Positions 18,242-28,095 of a stretch of 32,000 bases of DNA are shown here, one piece after another. Both the position numbers and the translations under genes were made by a program. Origin of the DNA: Desulfocapsa sulfexigens DSM 10523 (GTDB lineage Bacteria; Desulfobacterota; Desulfobulbia; Desulfobulbales; Desulfocapsaceae); assembly GCF_000341395.1 (NCBI RefSeq), contig NC_020304.1, positions 1,380,001-1,412,000 of the forward strand. Direction: 5' to 3'. The notes under the pieces are model-generated. The model was not told the DNA's origin and ran no database searches. It saw only the letters and a program-made list of their open reading frames with translations. Numbering within the stretch: the first letter of the stretch is position 1; each line of letters begins with the position of its first letter.

Positions 18242-19729
18242 TCAATCCTCCAACCATTCTTTTACCTTTTCTGCGGCAAGCTGTCCTGAGGCAGCGGCGG
18301 CCTCAAAGGTGGGATAGATGAGATAGTCACCCGCAAGGAAAAGCCCCTCTCCGGTAGCTTTATCAAGATCAATCATCCGCCGATAACTTCCTGGAACCAT
18401 AACCGGCAGGCCATAACGATATCTGGTTATCTCGTGACCGATAACTTTGGTAGAGGAGCCCGGCAATACCATGTCAAGGGCTGTATATATTCTTGCCAGC
18501 AGCTCATGGTCATCCAAATCGATCACTGTTTTGTCCTGAAAGGAAGAAGGTGGTGCATAGACCAATGTTACCCAATGGCTAAGCGTCGTGAAATCACTAT
18601 TTTCTTTAAAGTGGCTGGCCACCCAGGTAGAGTCATAGATGTCAGTAAAAATCTGGTCATCCTCTATTGCCAGATTGAAACCTTTGGTAAAAATCGGATG
18701 GTTACTGAAAAGTGCCACGGTGCTATACGGCGCATACTGCACAGAACCAAGCAATCGTTGCTGTTCCTTGCTGAGCACAGCTGCTCCTATTGTAAGTGCC
18801 ACGGGCGCCGGGGTGGCAATGATGACTGCATCCGCCCAGAGAATGTACTGCTTTTGATTATCTTTAATGCAGGTGACTTTGAATTCCTCGTCAACTTTTG
18901 TGATTGCTGTAACCTTTGTTCCGGTCTGTATTGAATCTGCCATGTGCCGCGCCAAGGCCTGTGGAATTGCCGCTATTCCATTGTCAAAGGTGTACATTTC
19001 TGTAGCGCCGCTTGTACCGGAGAGCTCCTCGGCAAGGTCACTGACGTTTTCAATCCCTTTGAAATCCTCAAAATCAAATGCCAATTCTGGTAATACCGAA
19101 AGAGCGGAGATTTCATCAAGATTTGCCCCAAACAGCCCTCTTGCGGTGACATTAAATAATTCGTGAAAAATTGACGGATAATTGTTTTCGGTAAACCACT
19201 GCTTTGCAGAAATAGTGTCAAGTCGAGCAAGTTCTCCCTTCAAAGTCAATTCAGGGATTTCATCATACGAATCGTAGAGATCTGTAAGGTGACCGACAAA
19301 ACGATTGAGGGTATTGAGGTTACTTTGATTGATCAGCAGACGGGCCTTGCCAAGCTCATCATAATAAAATTTACCCTGGTGATACGTAACGTCGGCAGGA
19401 GCAGGTACTTCACGCAGAACCAAACCGAGTTCCTCGATCATTTCTTCCAGAGGCTCTTCCGGCTTGCCAAGATATTCAGCACCTCGGGCAAAGGAGATTG
19501 TTTTATATTGGCCGGAAGAAGCGCGACCCCCAACCTGATCCTGCATTTCGAGGAGTAGTACATCGAAATCATCGAGGTAATACGCGGCGGTAAGGCCGGC
19601 AATGCCGCCACCAACGATGATGACATCGTAGGATTTCGGCATGGCTTCCTCTGCGCAGACACGCCAGCCACTCGATGCAAAAAGAAGAAGAAAAATTAGT
19701 ACTGTACGCATTATGGTGCACCTCGCCAA
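18242..19729 (-). CDS. FAD-dependent oxidoreductase / flavin amine oxidase-like, with N-terminal signal peptide
   Basis: Signal-like MARCTIMRTVLIFLLLFASSGWRVCAEE; YDVIIVGGGIAGLTAAYYLDDFDVLLLEMQDQVGGRASS; C-terminal GLFLAGDYLIYPTFEAAAASGQLAAEKV. Confidence 0.9.
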   Translation of the reverse strand: MARCTIMRTVLIFLLLFASSGWRVCAEEAMPKSYDVIIVGGGIAGLTAAYYLDDFDVLLLEMQDQVGGRASSGQYKTISFARGAEYLGKPEEPLEEMIEELGLVLREVPAPADVTYHQGKFYYDELGKARLLINQSNLNTLNRFVGHLTDLYDSYDEIPELTLKGELARLDTISAKQWFTENNYPSIFHELFNVTARGLFGANLDEISALSVLPELAFDFEDFKGIENVSDLAEELSGTSGATEMYTFDNGIAAIPQALARHMADSIQTGTKVTAITKVDEEFKVTCIKDNQKQYILWADAVIIATPAPVALTIGAAVLSKEQQRLLGSVQYAPYSTVALFSNHPIFTKGFNLAIEDDQIFTDIYDSTWVASHFKENSDFTTLSHWVTLVYAPPSSFQDKTVIDLDDHELLARIYTALDMVLPGSSTKVIGHEITRYRYGLPVMVPGSYRRMIDLDKATGEGLFLAGDYLIYPTFEAAAASGQLAAEKVKEWLED

Positions 19730-19750
19730 GCAATGGTTACTGTTAGAATG

Positions 19751-21304
19751 TCAATCCTTTTCGGTAGAGTGGATGGGCATCCGAGTAGGGCAAAGAGTTA
19801 TGTTTGTTCTATCCTCGAGGTCTTGGGCGAATATTGCCCTGTTGCGCCCCTCTTCTTTGGCGTGATACATTGTTGTGTCTACTATAGCCATGATTTTTTC
19901 AGCGGTATCGCCGTGGGCTGGTGCAGTTGCAATCCCAAGGCTCACTCCAACCTGGGCAAAGCCCTCAGTTCCGACATCAACAGGCTTTCCAATCTCCTCG
20001 ATAATCATGTTTGCCATATCCTCAACTGCTGAGCGAGTGACATTCTCAAGAAGAATGACAAATTCATCGCCTCCTATCCGGCAGACCAATCCAGCTTCCC
20101 CAACGACAGAAATAAGACGTTGGGCAACCACTTTGATTACTGTATCACCGGCTCCATGACCCAGGGTATCGTTGACTTGTTTGAATTTGTCGAGATCGCA
20201 TTGAATAAGGGTAAAAGGGACAGAAGGCAGTTTTTCAAGGGCGACAGTCAGGGCGCGATTGTATTTCAGGCGGTTGCCTAGGCCGGACAGAGTGTCATGC
20301 ATTGCAAGATGTAGGTTTTGTCTTTCACTTTTTGCAAGAGAAACTGTGAGTCTGCTGATTTTCCAGGCAATAATAAAGGCCACTATGCCGAGAATTGTGC
20401 CAAGCAGGATAATGACCGGAATGACCGTGTTCCAGATATGTCGTCCGGGCAGATGGCCTTGCCAGGAAAAAACACCGAGCGCTTTGCCGTTTGGCGAAAT
20501 GATGGTGTACTGATTAACTGAATCGTGACTGAGGTGTTCGCGTTCAAACTGCATATCCAGAAAGGCGAGCTGATCATTAAGTTCATTAACCAATTCTGAT
20601 TCAATAAACTGTGCAGATATAAGCACTACTGGATTCCCATCTGGCAGAACAAATGTGCCTTCGTCGGGCACTATAGCCATGGCATGAATAAGTGCCACAT
20701 TACCATCGAGGTCGACAAATCCATGGATGGGATGTTCGAACTCCTTTCCAAACGGAACAGGTTGCTGACCATATCCTTCCGATAGGTTGATTCGGTTCCG
20801 GAAATACTGGTTTCGGGCGAGTTCAACAAAGCGGTAAAGAGGACTTTCTTTACTCAACATTCCGGTATTAAATGAAACGTCTGCCTCATGGGAATCGGCC
20901 AGGATGTTGTTATTCGGTCCTATCAGCAGATTTTTATCCAGACCGAAATCAAACCAAAGTGAGTCTATGAATTCGTCCACAATAAAATCTTCGTCAAATC
21001 GCAGACTGATTCTGTGTACAGATGTATCCCAACGGGCAAGGCTGAGTTGATCCCTTGCCATGAGCATAAATTTGCCCTTGAGAGCAGTTTCCAGTAGCAA
21101 CTGCTGATTGGTGACGGCCTGAGTGTCAGCTGCTTTGGAGGCGAAGCGGCCAATAAAAATCAGAGAGGCAGATGCGAGAACGATAAGAAGGGTAGCAAGC
21201 AAAAAGGCAAGACGGGCAATATTAATTTTTGACGATAAGTCAGTTGTGTCGCCATATCGCCTGAGAGTTGCCCTATGGTCAACTTTTTTCTCTATTTCGG
21301 TCAT
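19751..21304 (-). CDS. Membrane diguanylate cyclase with CHASE4-like periplasmic sensor and GGDEF domain
   Basis: TM segment near the N-terminus, periplasmic region DQLSLARWDTSVHRI...DSLWFDFGLDKNLLIG, second TM, HDTLSGLGNRLKYNRALTVAL...RIGGDEFVILLEN. Confidence 0.9.
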   Translation of the reverse strand: MTEIEKKVDHRATLRRYGDTTDLSSKINIARLAFLLATLLIVLASASLIFIGRFASKAADTQAVTNQQLLLETALKGKFMLMARDQLSLARWDTSVHRISLRFDEDFIVDEFIDSLWFDFGLDKNLLIGPNNNILADSHEADVSFNTGMLSKESPLYRFVELARNQYFRNRINLSEGYGQQPVPFGKEFEHPIHGFVDLDGNVALIHAMAIVPDEGTFVLPDGNPVVLISAQFIESELVNELNDQLAFLDMQFEREHLSHDSVNQYTIISPNGKALGVFSWQGHLPGRHIWNTVIPVIILLGTILGIVAFIIAWKISRLTVSLAKSERQNLHLAMHDTLSGLGNRLKYNRALTVALEKLPSVPFTLIQCDLDKFKQVNDTLGHGAGDTVIKVVAQRLISVVGEAGLVCRIGGDEFVILLENVTRSAVEDMANMIIEEIGKPVDVGTEGFAQVGVSLGIATAPAHGDTAEKIMAIVDTTMYHAKEEGRNRAIFAQDLEDRTNITLCPTRMPIHSTEKD

Positions 21305-21348
21305 GAGAAGTCCATTCAGAAGGATAGGTTCGGTCAGGATTTTAGCAG

Positions 21349-22215
21349 CTATAGCTGAATATTGTCCCTATGGGAAAGAAGTCCCCGTAAGACAGCGAGA
21401 TTGTCCCGATCCTCCTGCAGATCTTTTCCCTTCGGTGTTTCAAGTGTCATTGGGTGGTCTGCAAAGCGAGGATCGTTTAGAAGGTTACGAAATCCATCGA
21501 GGCCAATTTCGCCCTGACCAATGTGTTCGTGGCGGTCCACGTTACAGCCAAGGCTCTTTTTTGAGTCGTTGAGATGAAAAAAACGGATCTGTTCTATTCC
21601 TACAAATTTGTCAAATTCAGCCATACATGCCTGGTAGCTTTTCGGGCTGCGAATATCATATCCGGCAGCAAATATGTGACAGGTATCCATGCAGACCCCG
21701 AGTTTGTTCCTGTATTTCGAGCCTTCGATGATCGCCCCTAATTCTTCAAAACGACTCCCCAGGCCTGTGCCCTGACCAGCGGTGGTTTCCAGGAGGACCG
21801 TTACCTGATTGTCGGCACGTTCGAAGGCCAGATCAAGATTTTTTATAAACCTGGCGATACCGGTATCCACCCCGTCACCACCATGGGATCCGGGATGCAT
21901 AACAACCAGAGGGATGTTCAGTACCTCGCAGCGTTTCAGTTCATCTGAAAAGGCTATGATGGATTTTTGGGCAAGATCGGGTTTTCCCGAGGCCAGATTC
22001 ACCAGGTAGGAGGCATGGGAGGCAACGGGCATGTCTGGACATTCCTCCCAGGCAGCGGCAAAAAGTTGTTGTTCCTCTTCCGTCACCGGCTTGGGGGTCC
22101 ACTGGCGCTGGTTACGGGTGAAGATCTGCAGGGCAGATCCGCCCACCGCACGTATTCGATCAAAAGCAAGGTGTACTCCGCCTGCTACTGATTCATGGGC
22201 TCCAAGTAATGGCAT
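21349..22215 (-). CDS. nfo: Deoxyribonuclease IV (endonuclease IV)
   Basis: MPLLGAHESVAGG, LQIFTRNQRQW, VVMHPGSHGGDGVDTG, VLLETTAGQGTGLG, GVCMDTCHIFAAGYD, FFHLNDSKKSLGCNVDRHEHIGQGEIG, LETPKG. Confidence 0.97.
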   Translation of the reverse strand: MPLLGAHESVAGGVHLAFDRIRAVGGSALQIFTRNQRQWTPKPVTEEEQQLFAAAWEECPDMPVASHASYLVNLASGKPDLAQKSIIAFSDELKRCEVLNIPLVVMHPGSHGGDGVDTGIARFIKNLDLAFERADNQVTVLLETTAGQGTGLGSRFEELGAIIEGSKYRNKLGVCMDTCHIFAAGYDIRSPKSYQACMAEFDKFVGIEQIRFFHLNDSKKSLGCNVDRHEHIGQGEIGLDGFRNLLNDPRFADHPMTLETPKGKDLQEDRDNLAVLRGLLSHRDNIQL

Positions 22216-22313
22216 GAAAGGTGTGTCCTTTTTTGAATATTGATGTTTTGAGAAGCAATGCTATAATAGTGGCATTCATTACTATAATTCATTTTTCAAT
22301 GGTAGGGAAAATA

Positions 22314-22553
22314 ATGAGTCAGGGAATGACAGTTCAACAGTCAGCAGCAGCTCCGTCCATGGATCGGGTAAATGTAAAATCCCAGCATCAGAATACCCCA
22401 ACCGATGAGGCCGCATCTCGAAGGGCTGAAAAACGGGCTAATGCCGAACAAGCAGATGCAAAGGCAAGTCAGGTTGCCAAAAAAGTATTGAAAATTGAGA
22501 CCGTTGTCGACAAGGCGATGAAAGATGTAGGCCGCATTGATATCTACGCCTGA
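22314..22553 (+). CDS. Small hypothetical protein (about 79 aa)
   Basis: Internal ATG start MSQGMTVQQSAAAPSMDRVNVKSQ...VGRIDIYA; low-complexity, charged, alanine/lysine rich. The listed ORF begins at 22221. Confidence 0.45.
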   Translation: MSQGMTVQQSAAAPSMDRVNVKSQHQNTPTDEAASRRAEKRANAEQADAKASQVAKKVLKIETVVDKAMKDVGRIDIYA

Positions 22554-22557
22554 TTAC

Positions 22558-24423
22558 CTACTGTCCATCCTTTTCCATAATCGTTGATTCGTAGCTTCTA
22601 CTGGTGAATTTCAGAATCTGTTCCCGATAATATGTCCCCTCTTCAGGGTCGGCAAACATTGCCTGCCTCTCCGTTGCTACGGCTTTTTCAATAAAACCAT
22701 TTGCCCAGTAGGCCGTGGCCAGGGTGTCCAGAACATATCCGGCGGGTATTTGTACAGCCGCAAGGCGGGCCAGGTCGAGGGCTCGTGCTGGGTCTCTGAG
22801 TGATGAGTCATCGCTCGTCAAGAGCAGCCAGGCCAGGTTGTTAAGCAGCTTGGGGTTTGATGGTTCAAGGGTAAGGGCTTTGTCGTAGGCCGCAATAGCC
22901 TTTTTCTCCATTTTTTTATGCTGCATCAGATCAGCTGCGATACCAAGCCACAGCGCCTTATCTGGTTCCCGTATAAGTTTCTGATCAAGAATAAATTCCG
23001 TATATTTTTCTTCGTAGAGCTGTTTCCAGGTCTCGGTTGGTATAAATCTCTGACTCGATGCCGCTGTTATGATCACTATGATATAAACAAGAAGACTGAG
23101 TAAAACTTTACGGTTGTGACGTTTGATCCAGGATCTGTCCTCCTCACATCGTTGCAGGTAATCCACCCGTTGACCAATTCCAAAATGATGCCAGCTCGGC
23201 AGGTCTCTGATATTTCCTGAAAGCACTGCGATCTTTTCAAAGGCTGAGATTATGGAGTCACTGCTGCCAATGGCTTTAAAGACGTGAAGATCAGCCTGAC
23301 GTTCAAAATTTCTGACAAAGTAGCCGAATAAAAAGCGGAAATAGAGAACCATTAGCCCGAGAACGGTGATTGCCATAAGTACCGTAAGCATGTTTTCTGC
23401 AGTGAGCCCTGTGAGCTCAAGCAGTGTATAGAAGCTGCTTCGGGAAAGAAGGAAGAAGGTGAAGGGCTCAAGAACAAATCCTGCAAGTATTGAAAATCCT
23501 GAAATAATGAGAAGATAAAGCAGCATATGCTTCTTCTTGATATGGCCTATCTCATGGGCCATTACGGCGTCCAGTTCATTGAGAGAAAGGTTGTTAAGAA
23601 GCGCCGGGGTAATCATGACATAGCGGAGACCAGGAATGATACCCATGACTCCGGCGGTGATGACCCTGCCTTCAAAGAGGGGCCAGATAAAGATCTTTGC
23701 CGAGAAACGCTGTTTTCTGAAAAAGGCCTGAAGGTGGTCAAGTAATTCTCCCTGTGGGAATGGCGTGCAACCCCAGAGCCTCCTGACCAGAGGGGGAAAG
23801 AAGATCAGGATCAGGAGCAGAAACAGAATAAAAGAAGTGTACTCACCCGCTTCCGAATGGAGAAAGGTCTTCAGTCCAGGAAAAGGAAGCAGGGCCAGCA
23901 GGTCATAGGAGAGTGAAAGCACAATCCAGGGCAGGACAATGGGCAGGTTCGCCTTGGTATTGTAAAGAAGGAATGCTCTGGTACTGTAACTGCGGCTGAA
24001 TATCACCTGGTAAGCCGGTTTTGCATGCCGCCACATGAGTAGCAGAAAGAGGAAAAAGAAAGCCAGTCCACCGATATTAACAAATGAGGGAAAGTTTCCG
24101 CCAAGGTCGAGTGGGCTGAGGTAGTAGTGGATGTCACAGGAAAAAAGAACAGCAGAGTAGAATATCAGTGCCAGCAGTGAAAGCCGCTTTTCAGCGTCAA
24201 AGTAAGCTCCGGAGCCGTTTCGGTTCACTCTTGAGTAAAGCCGTTTTGCCAAACGGTCAAAGAGGAAGAGCAGGACAGAGAAGAGTGCCAGGGATGCGGG
24301 AAGTGGAAAGAGAGGCTTCTCAGTCCCACCGGTCATGGTAAAGAGAAAGATGGCTACAAGAAAGAAAAGGAGATTGTTATATATCATGGGGGTTCTTATA
24401 TCTCGTATTTGCTGCTCTTTCAA
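22558..24423 (-). CDS. M48-family membrane metallopeptidase with C-terminal tetratricopeptide repeats
   Basis: LDAVMAHEIGHIKKKHMLLYLL (HExxH), multiple TM segments, C-terminal KKAIAAYDKALTLEPSNPKLLNNLAWLLLT TPR motif. Confidence 0.9.
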   Translation of the reverse strand: MKEQQIRDIRTPMIYNNLLFFLVAIFLFTMTGGTEKPLFPLPASLALFSVLLFLFDRLAKRLYSRVNRNGSGAYFDAEKRLSLLALIFYSAVLFSCDIHYYLSPLDLGGNFPSFVNIGGLAFFFLFLLLMWRHAKPAYQVIFSRSYSTRAFLLYNTKANLPIVLPWIVLSLSYDLLALLPFPGLKTFLHSEAGEYTSFILFLLLILIFFPPLVRRLWGCTPFPQGELLDHLQAFFRKQRFSAKIFIWPLFEGRVITAGVMGIIPGLRYVMITPALLNNLSLNELDAVMAHEIGHIKKKHMLLYLLIISGFSILAGFVLEPFTFFLLSRSSFYTLLELTGLTAENMLTVLMAITVLGLMVLYFRFLFGYFVRNFERQADLHVFKAIGSSDSIISAFEKIAVLSGNIRDLPSWHHFGIGQRVDYLQRCEEDRSWIKRHNRKVLLSLLVYIIVIITAASSQRFIPTETWKQLYEEKYTEFILDQKLIREPDKALWLGIAADLMQHKKMEKKAIAAYDKALTLEPSNPKLLNNLAWLLLTSDDSSLRDPARALDLARLAAVQIPAGYVLDTLATAYWANGFIEKAVATERQAMFADPEEGTYYREQILKFTSRSYESTIMEKDGQ

Positions 24424-24582
24424 TCAGGTTTTAGTGGAAGGAATAACATACTAATCTATTAGAGCTTAAATGGCAGTTTATTAGATGCTGTTGATAAATA
24501 CTGGTGATTTTACAGAAGGGAATACTTTTTAGTTGACATTTTGCCGCAGTTCGTTTCTTATTGGGGGTTATGATGCCGGAGA

Positions 24583-24658
24583 GGGCGCATAGCTCAGTTG
24601 GTAGAGCCACCGGCTCATAACCGGTCGGTCGTAGGTTCAAGTCCTACTGTGCCCACCA
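24583..24658 (+). tRNA. tRNA with CAT anticodon, likely elongator tRNA-Met
   Basis: GGGCGCATAGCTCAGTTGGTAGAGCCACCGGCTCATAACCGGTCGGTCGTAGGTTCAAGTCCTACTGTGCCCACCA folds as a 76-nt cloverleaf with encoded CCA. Confidence 0.96.
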
Positions 24659-24799
24659 TTACACAGAATCTGCCACAAAGACCAGGTTCCTTGAACAGAA
24701 TATACTTTTTTCGTAACAGAGAGAGGCGGGTCGCCTCACCCTTCATATTTGTTTTCGCTGAATCAGGCAGAGAAGCCTGTTGCAGGAAGCCCGAAATCC

Positions 24800-24834
24800 A
24801 AAGGTACAGCCCGAAAGGGATGTACCTTTTTTTT
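24800..24834 (+). terminator. Strong Rho-independent terminator downstream of the tRNA
   Basis: AAAGGTACA (24800-24808) / TGTACCTTT (24821-24829) with inner CCC-GAAA-GGG tetraloop and a T8 tract. Confidence 0.88.
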
Positions 24835-24869
24835 ATGTCTAATCCCAGCCAATTATGTGGGGGCACTTG

Positions 24870-25688
24870 ATGGCTGTCAGGATAATTGATCTCCTTGATG
24901 GACTTGAGCAGATTGCCCCTGGAAATCTTGCCGAAAGCTGGGACAATGTGGGGCTTCTCATTGGCGATCCACACCGGGAAACACAGTCTCTGTTACTGGG
25001 ACTCGATCCAACACTCTCTCTGCTCGAAGAAGCTATCAGTCTTGGGGCCGATACACTGCTTACACATCATCCCTGTATTTTCAAGCCACTTCACTCTGTC
25101 CAGACAGCAACGCCGAGCGGTGCTTTTGTTGAAAAAGCCCTTGCTAATAAAATCAATGTCATAGCATGCCATACAAATTTTGACAGTACCGTGGATGGGG
25201 TCAGTGATGCTCTGGGTGTGCTTCTCGGACTTGAAAATCTCAAACCGTTGCAACCCATCGATTCTGCCGCTCATGGCCTGGGAAGGATTGGCAGGTATAG
25301 CAAATCCATATCTTTTACTCTCTTTATGAAACGAGTCTTTGCTGCCCTTGAAACTCAGGCAGTACAGATTGCAGGTATCCAACCACAGAAGATTCAGTCT
25401 GTTGCCCTGTGTGGCGGCAGTGGTTCTGATCTTGTCGAGGAAGCATGTCGTCAGGGCGCCCACGTGTATCTCTCCTCGGAAATAAAGCACTCAACGGCTC
25501 GTTGGGCTGAGGATAGCGGTTTTTGTGTTATTGATGCAGGCCATTATGCAACAGAGAAACCAGCCATGGCCTTACTGGCCAGTTCACTGCAGATTCTTGC
25601 ACGGAATAGGGATTGGAAACTGCAAATCTGTCAGAGCAAGTTAGAAAAACCGGTGTTTACTTTTATTAATAGAAACGATTATTCATAG
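24870..25688 (+). CDS. Nif3-like dinuclear metal center hexameric protein (GTP cyclohydrolase I type 2 family)
   Basis: MAVRIIDLLDGLEQIAPGNLAESWDNVGLLIGDP, TLLTHHPCIF, IACHTNFDSTVDGVSDALG, YVHLSSEIKHSTARWAEDSGFCVIDAGHYATE-type motifs. The listed ORF starts at 24855. Confidence 0.92.
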   Translation: MAVRIIDLLDGLEQIAPGNLAESWDNVGLLIGDPHRETQSLLLGLDPTLSLLEEAISLGADTLLTHHPCIFKPLHSVQTATPSGAFVEKALANKINVIACHTNFDSTVDGVSDALGVLLGLENLKPLQPIDSAAHGLGRIGRYSKSISFTLFMKRVFAALETQAVQIAGIQPQKIQSVALCGGSGSDLVEEACRQGAHVYLSSEIKHSTARWAEDSGFCVIDAGHYATEKPAMALLASSLQILARNRDWKLQICQSKLEKPVFTFINRNDYS

Positions 25689-25715
25689 AATAGTATTTAC
25701 AACAGGAGAACAGTC

Positions 25716-26441
25716 TTGAACGAAGAAATAGTCCAACTTACCTTACTGCAGAGTATCGATCATGTGATAGATACAATTGATTCAGAGATTCAGAAAGAAC
25801 AGGATGCACTTGATGTGAAAAGTGCAGAACTTGCTGATCGTGAGTCCACCATTAGCACCCTTACCGAAAAAATTGAGAATCTGGAAAAAGAACGTCGTAC
25901 TCTGGAAGTAGAAGTTGCTGATGAAATGGTTCATGTGAAGGATCGGCAGTCCAAGATGATGCAGGTTCAAACCGGACGTGAGCAGACAGCCCTTCTGAAG
26001 GAAATTGAGGACGCAAAAAAGGGTGTAAAGGAGAAGGAAGAAAAAGTTGTTGCCATCATGGAAGAAGTCGAGCAGCTGACCGCAGAGATTGAAGAGAATA
26101 AAAACCTCTTTAAAGGTGAGACCGAGCTGTTGGTGGAAGAGACTGAAGCAGTAAAGAAAGCAATTGCCGCGATTAATAAAAAGAAAAAGGCCCAGGAAAA
26201 GAAACGTGTCGCCCAGGCTAAGAAATTGAAAGCTCGGCTCCTTAAAAAATATGACACCCTTCGTGCTCATCGTAATGGTCTTGGAGTGGTAAATGTCCTT
26301 GATGGTGTCTGTCAGGGATGTTTTATGGCCATTCCTCCTCAGCAGTACAATCTTCTGCTTCGCGGCGACGAGCATTTTGATTGTCCGACCTGTCAGCGGA
26401 TCATGTATCATGAGCCTGTCGAAGAGGTGGAAGAAGTATAG
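25716..26441 (+). CDS. C4-type zinc ribbon domain protein with coiled-coil N-terminus
   Basis: Long heptad-rich coiled coil, then VLDGVCQGCFMAIPPQQYNLLLRGDEHFDCPTCQRIMYHEP. Confidence 0.92.
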   Translation: MNEEIVQLTLLQSIDHVIDTIDSEIQKEQDALDVKSAELADRESTISTLTEKIENLEKERRTLEVEVADEMVHVKDRQSKMMQVQTGREQTALLKEIEDAKKGVKEKEEKVVAIMEEVEQLTAEIEENKNLFKGETELLVEETEAVKKAIAAINKKKKAQEKKRVAQAKKLKARLLKKYDTLRAHRNGLGVVNVLDGVCQGCFMAIPPQQYNLLLRGDEHFDCPTCQRIMYHEPVEEVEEV

Positions 26442-26511
26442 GAAAAACTGTCAGTGATGCAGGAATTCAAAAAGAATAGTTTGAATTTACGTCTGTTGAC
26501 ATTATATAAAG

Positions 26512-26897
26512 AGTTGGAGCGGGTGCATGATCGCTCGGGTCTTTAAGGCCTGAGAGGAAAGTCCGAACTCCGCAGGGCAGGATGGTTCGTAACGCGAACG
26601 CCGGGTGACTGGCGGAAAGTGCCACAGAAAATATACCGCCGGGTCTTCGGATTCGGTAAGGGTGAAATGGCGAGGTAAGAGCTCACCGCCTGCACAGGTG
26701 ACTGTCAGGGCAGGGTAAACCCCATCCGGAGCAAGACCAAATAGGAAGACGTCCCGCAGGAAGTGCCTTTGAGGTACATTTTGTGGGTATGGTTGCCCGC
26801 CAGAAGTCTTCGGGTAGGTTGCAAGAGGTGCCGGGTGACCGGCATTCCAGTGAAATGATCATGATTGTACAGAATTCGGCTTATAGCCCGCTCCATT
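26512..26897 (+). ncRNA. rnpB: RNase P RNA (bacterial class A)
   Basis: GAGGAAAGTCCGAACTCC, AGGGCAGGATGGTTCGTAACGCGAACGCCGGGTGA, GGTAAACCCCATCCGGAGCAAGACCAAATAGG, and terminal pairing GGAGCGGG/CCCGCTCC. Confidence 0.95.
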
Positions 26898-26910
26898 TTT
26901 TTTATCCAGA

Positions 26911-28095
26911 ATGCCCACTACTGCTGCCATAATTCCCGCTGCCGGAAGCGGAAGCAGGATGGGGCTGGATCATCCCAAACAATACCACCTTCTTGCCGGC
27001 ATCCCCATTTTAGTTCATACTGTTCGAGTCTTTACCAGTGCGTCCTGTGTCGATATGATTGTCGTGGTGGTGCCTGCTGAAAGAGTTGAGTCCACTGTCA
27101 ATCTCATGGCAGACCATGGCCTTTCAGGCGCTAATCTACAGGTGATTGCAGGCGGTGAGCGTCGACAGGATTCGGTGAAGGCAGGTCTTGATTCATTGAA
27201 TGCCGGGGTTGATATCGTGCTTGTTCATGATGGAGCACGCCCCCTGCTGGCTCCTGACCTGATTGACCGCTGCTGTGATGCCGCAATTGAGTACGGGGCT
27301 GCCATTGCTGCGGTACCTGTGAAGGACACCCTGAAAAAAGGTGGCCCAGGTGGACGTATTCTCCACACCGTTGACCGGAAAGATCTCTGGCAGGCGCAAA
27401 CACCTCAGGCCTCGCGTCTTTCGCTGCTTCTTGCTGCCTATGACATGGCCGGAGAGAGGGAGGTAACCGATGAGGCGTCACTTCTTGAGCTTGCCGGAAC
27501 AGACGTACATCTTGTTGAGGGATCTGAAACTAATATTAAAATCACCCGGCCAGATGATTTGATTATAGCAGAAAAAATTATGCAGAATCATGAAACATCT
27601 TCCGAAAAAATTCGTATAGGGCATGGCTACGATGCCCACAAATTTGCCTCCGATCGGGCACTGGTCCTTGGCGGAGTAACCGTTCCTTTTGAAATGGGGC
27701 TTGCCGGGCATTCTGATGCCGATGTCCTGACCCATGCTCTTTGTGATGCCATTCTTGGTGCTCTGGGGGCGGGTGATATCGGATCTCATTTCCCGGATTC
27801 TGATCAGGAGTTTTTGAATGTTTATTCTGTTACGTTGCTTGAGAGAGTGGTGGATATTGCTGCGCAGCGTGGCTTTGTATTGTCGAATGCTGATATAACC
27901 GTGGTGTGTCAGAAGCCTAAGCTGGCCCCTTTTGTCCCGAAAATGAAGGAAATACTGGCGGAGGCTTGTGGTGTGGATTTGGGTCAGGTAAATGTGAAGG
28001 CGACAACCACCGAGAAAATGGGTTTTACCGGAAGAATGGAAGGCATCAGTTCTCATGCTGTTGTTCTTCTCGCAAAAGAGGGAAACTGCAAATGA
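26911..28095 (+). CDS. ispDF: Bifunctional MEP cytidylyltransferase / MECDP synthase
   Basis: IIPAAGSGSRMG (IspD) ... LVHDGARPLL; C-terminal IRIGHGYDAHKF, GHSDADVLTHALCDAILGALGAGDIG (IspF). Confidence 0.96.
   Translation: MPTTAAIIPAAGSGSRMGLDHPKQYHLLAGIPILVHTVRVFTSASCVDMIVVVVPAERVESTVNLMADHGLSGANLQVIAGGERRQDSVKAGLDSLNAGVDIVLVHDGARPLLAPDLIDRCCDAAIEYGAAIAAVPVKDTLKKGGPGGRILHTVDRKDLWQAQTPQASRLSLLLAAYDMAGEREVTDEASLLELAGTDVHLVEGSETNIKITRPDDLIIAEKIMQNHETSSEKIRIGHGYDAHKFASDRALVLGGVTVPFEMGLAGHSDADVLTHALCDAILGALGAGDIGSHFPDSDQEFLNVYSVTLLERVVDIAAQRGFVLSNADITVVCQKPKLAPFVPKMKEILAEACGVDLGQVNVKATTTEKMGFTGRMEGISSHAVVLLAKEGNCK

Noticed and set aside
27966-28091. N-terminal extension of the M20 peptidase ORF (MWCGFGSGKCEGDNHRENGFYRKNGRHQF...)
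   Set aside because: This region is the alternate frame of the ispDF 3' end. The true start is the ATG at 28092 overlapping the ispDF stop.
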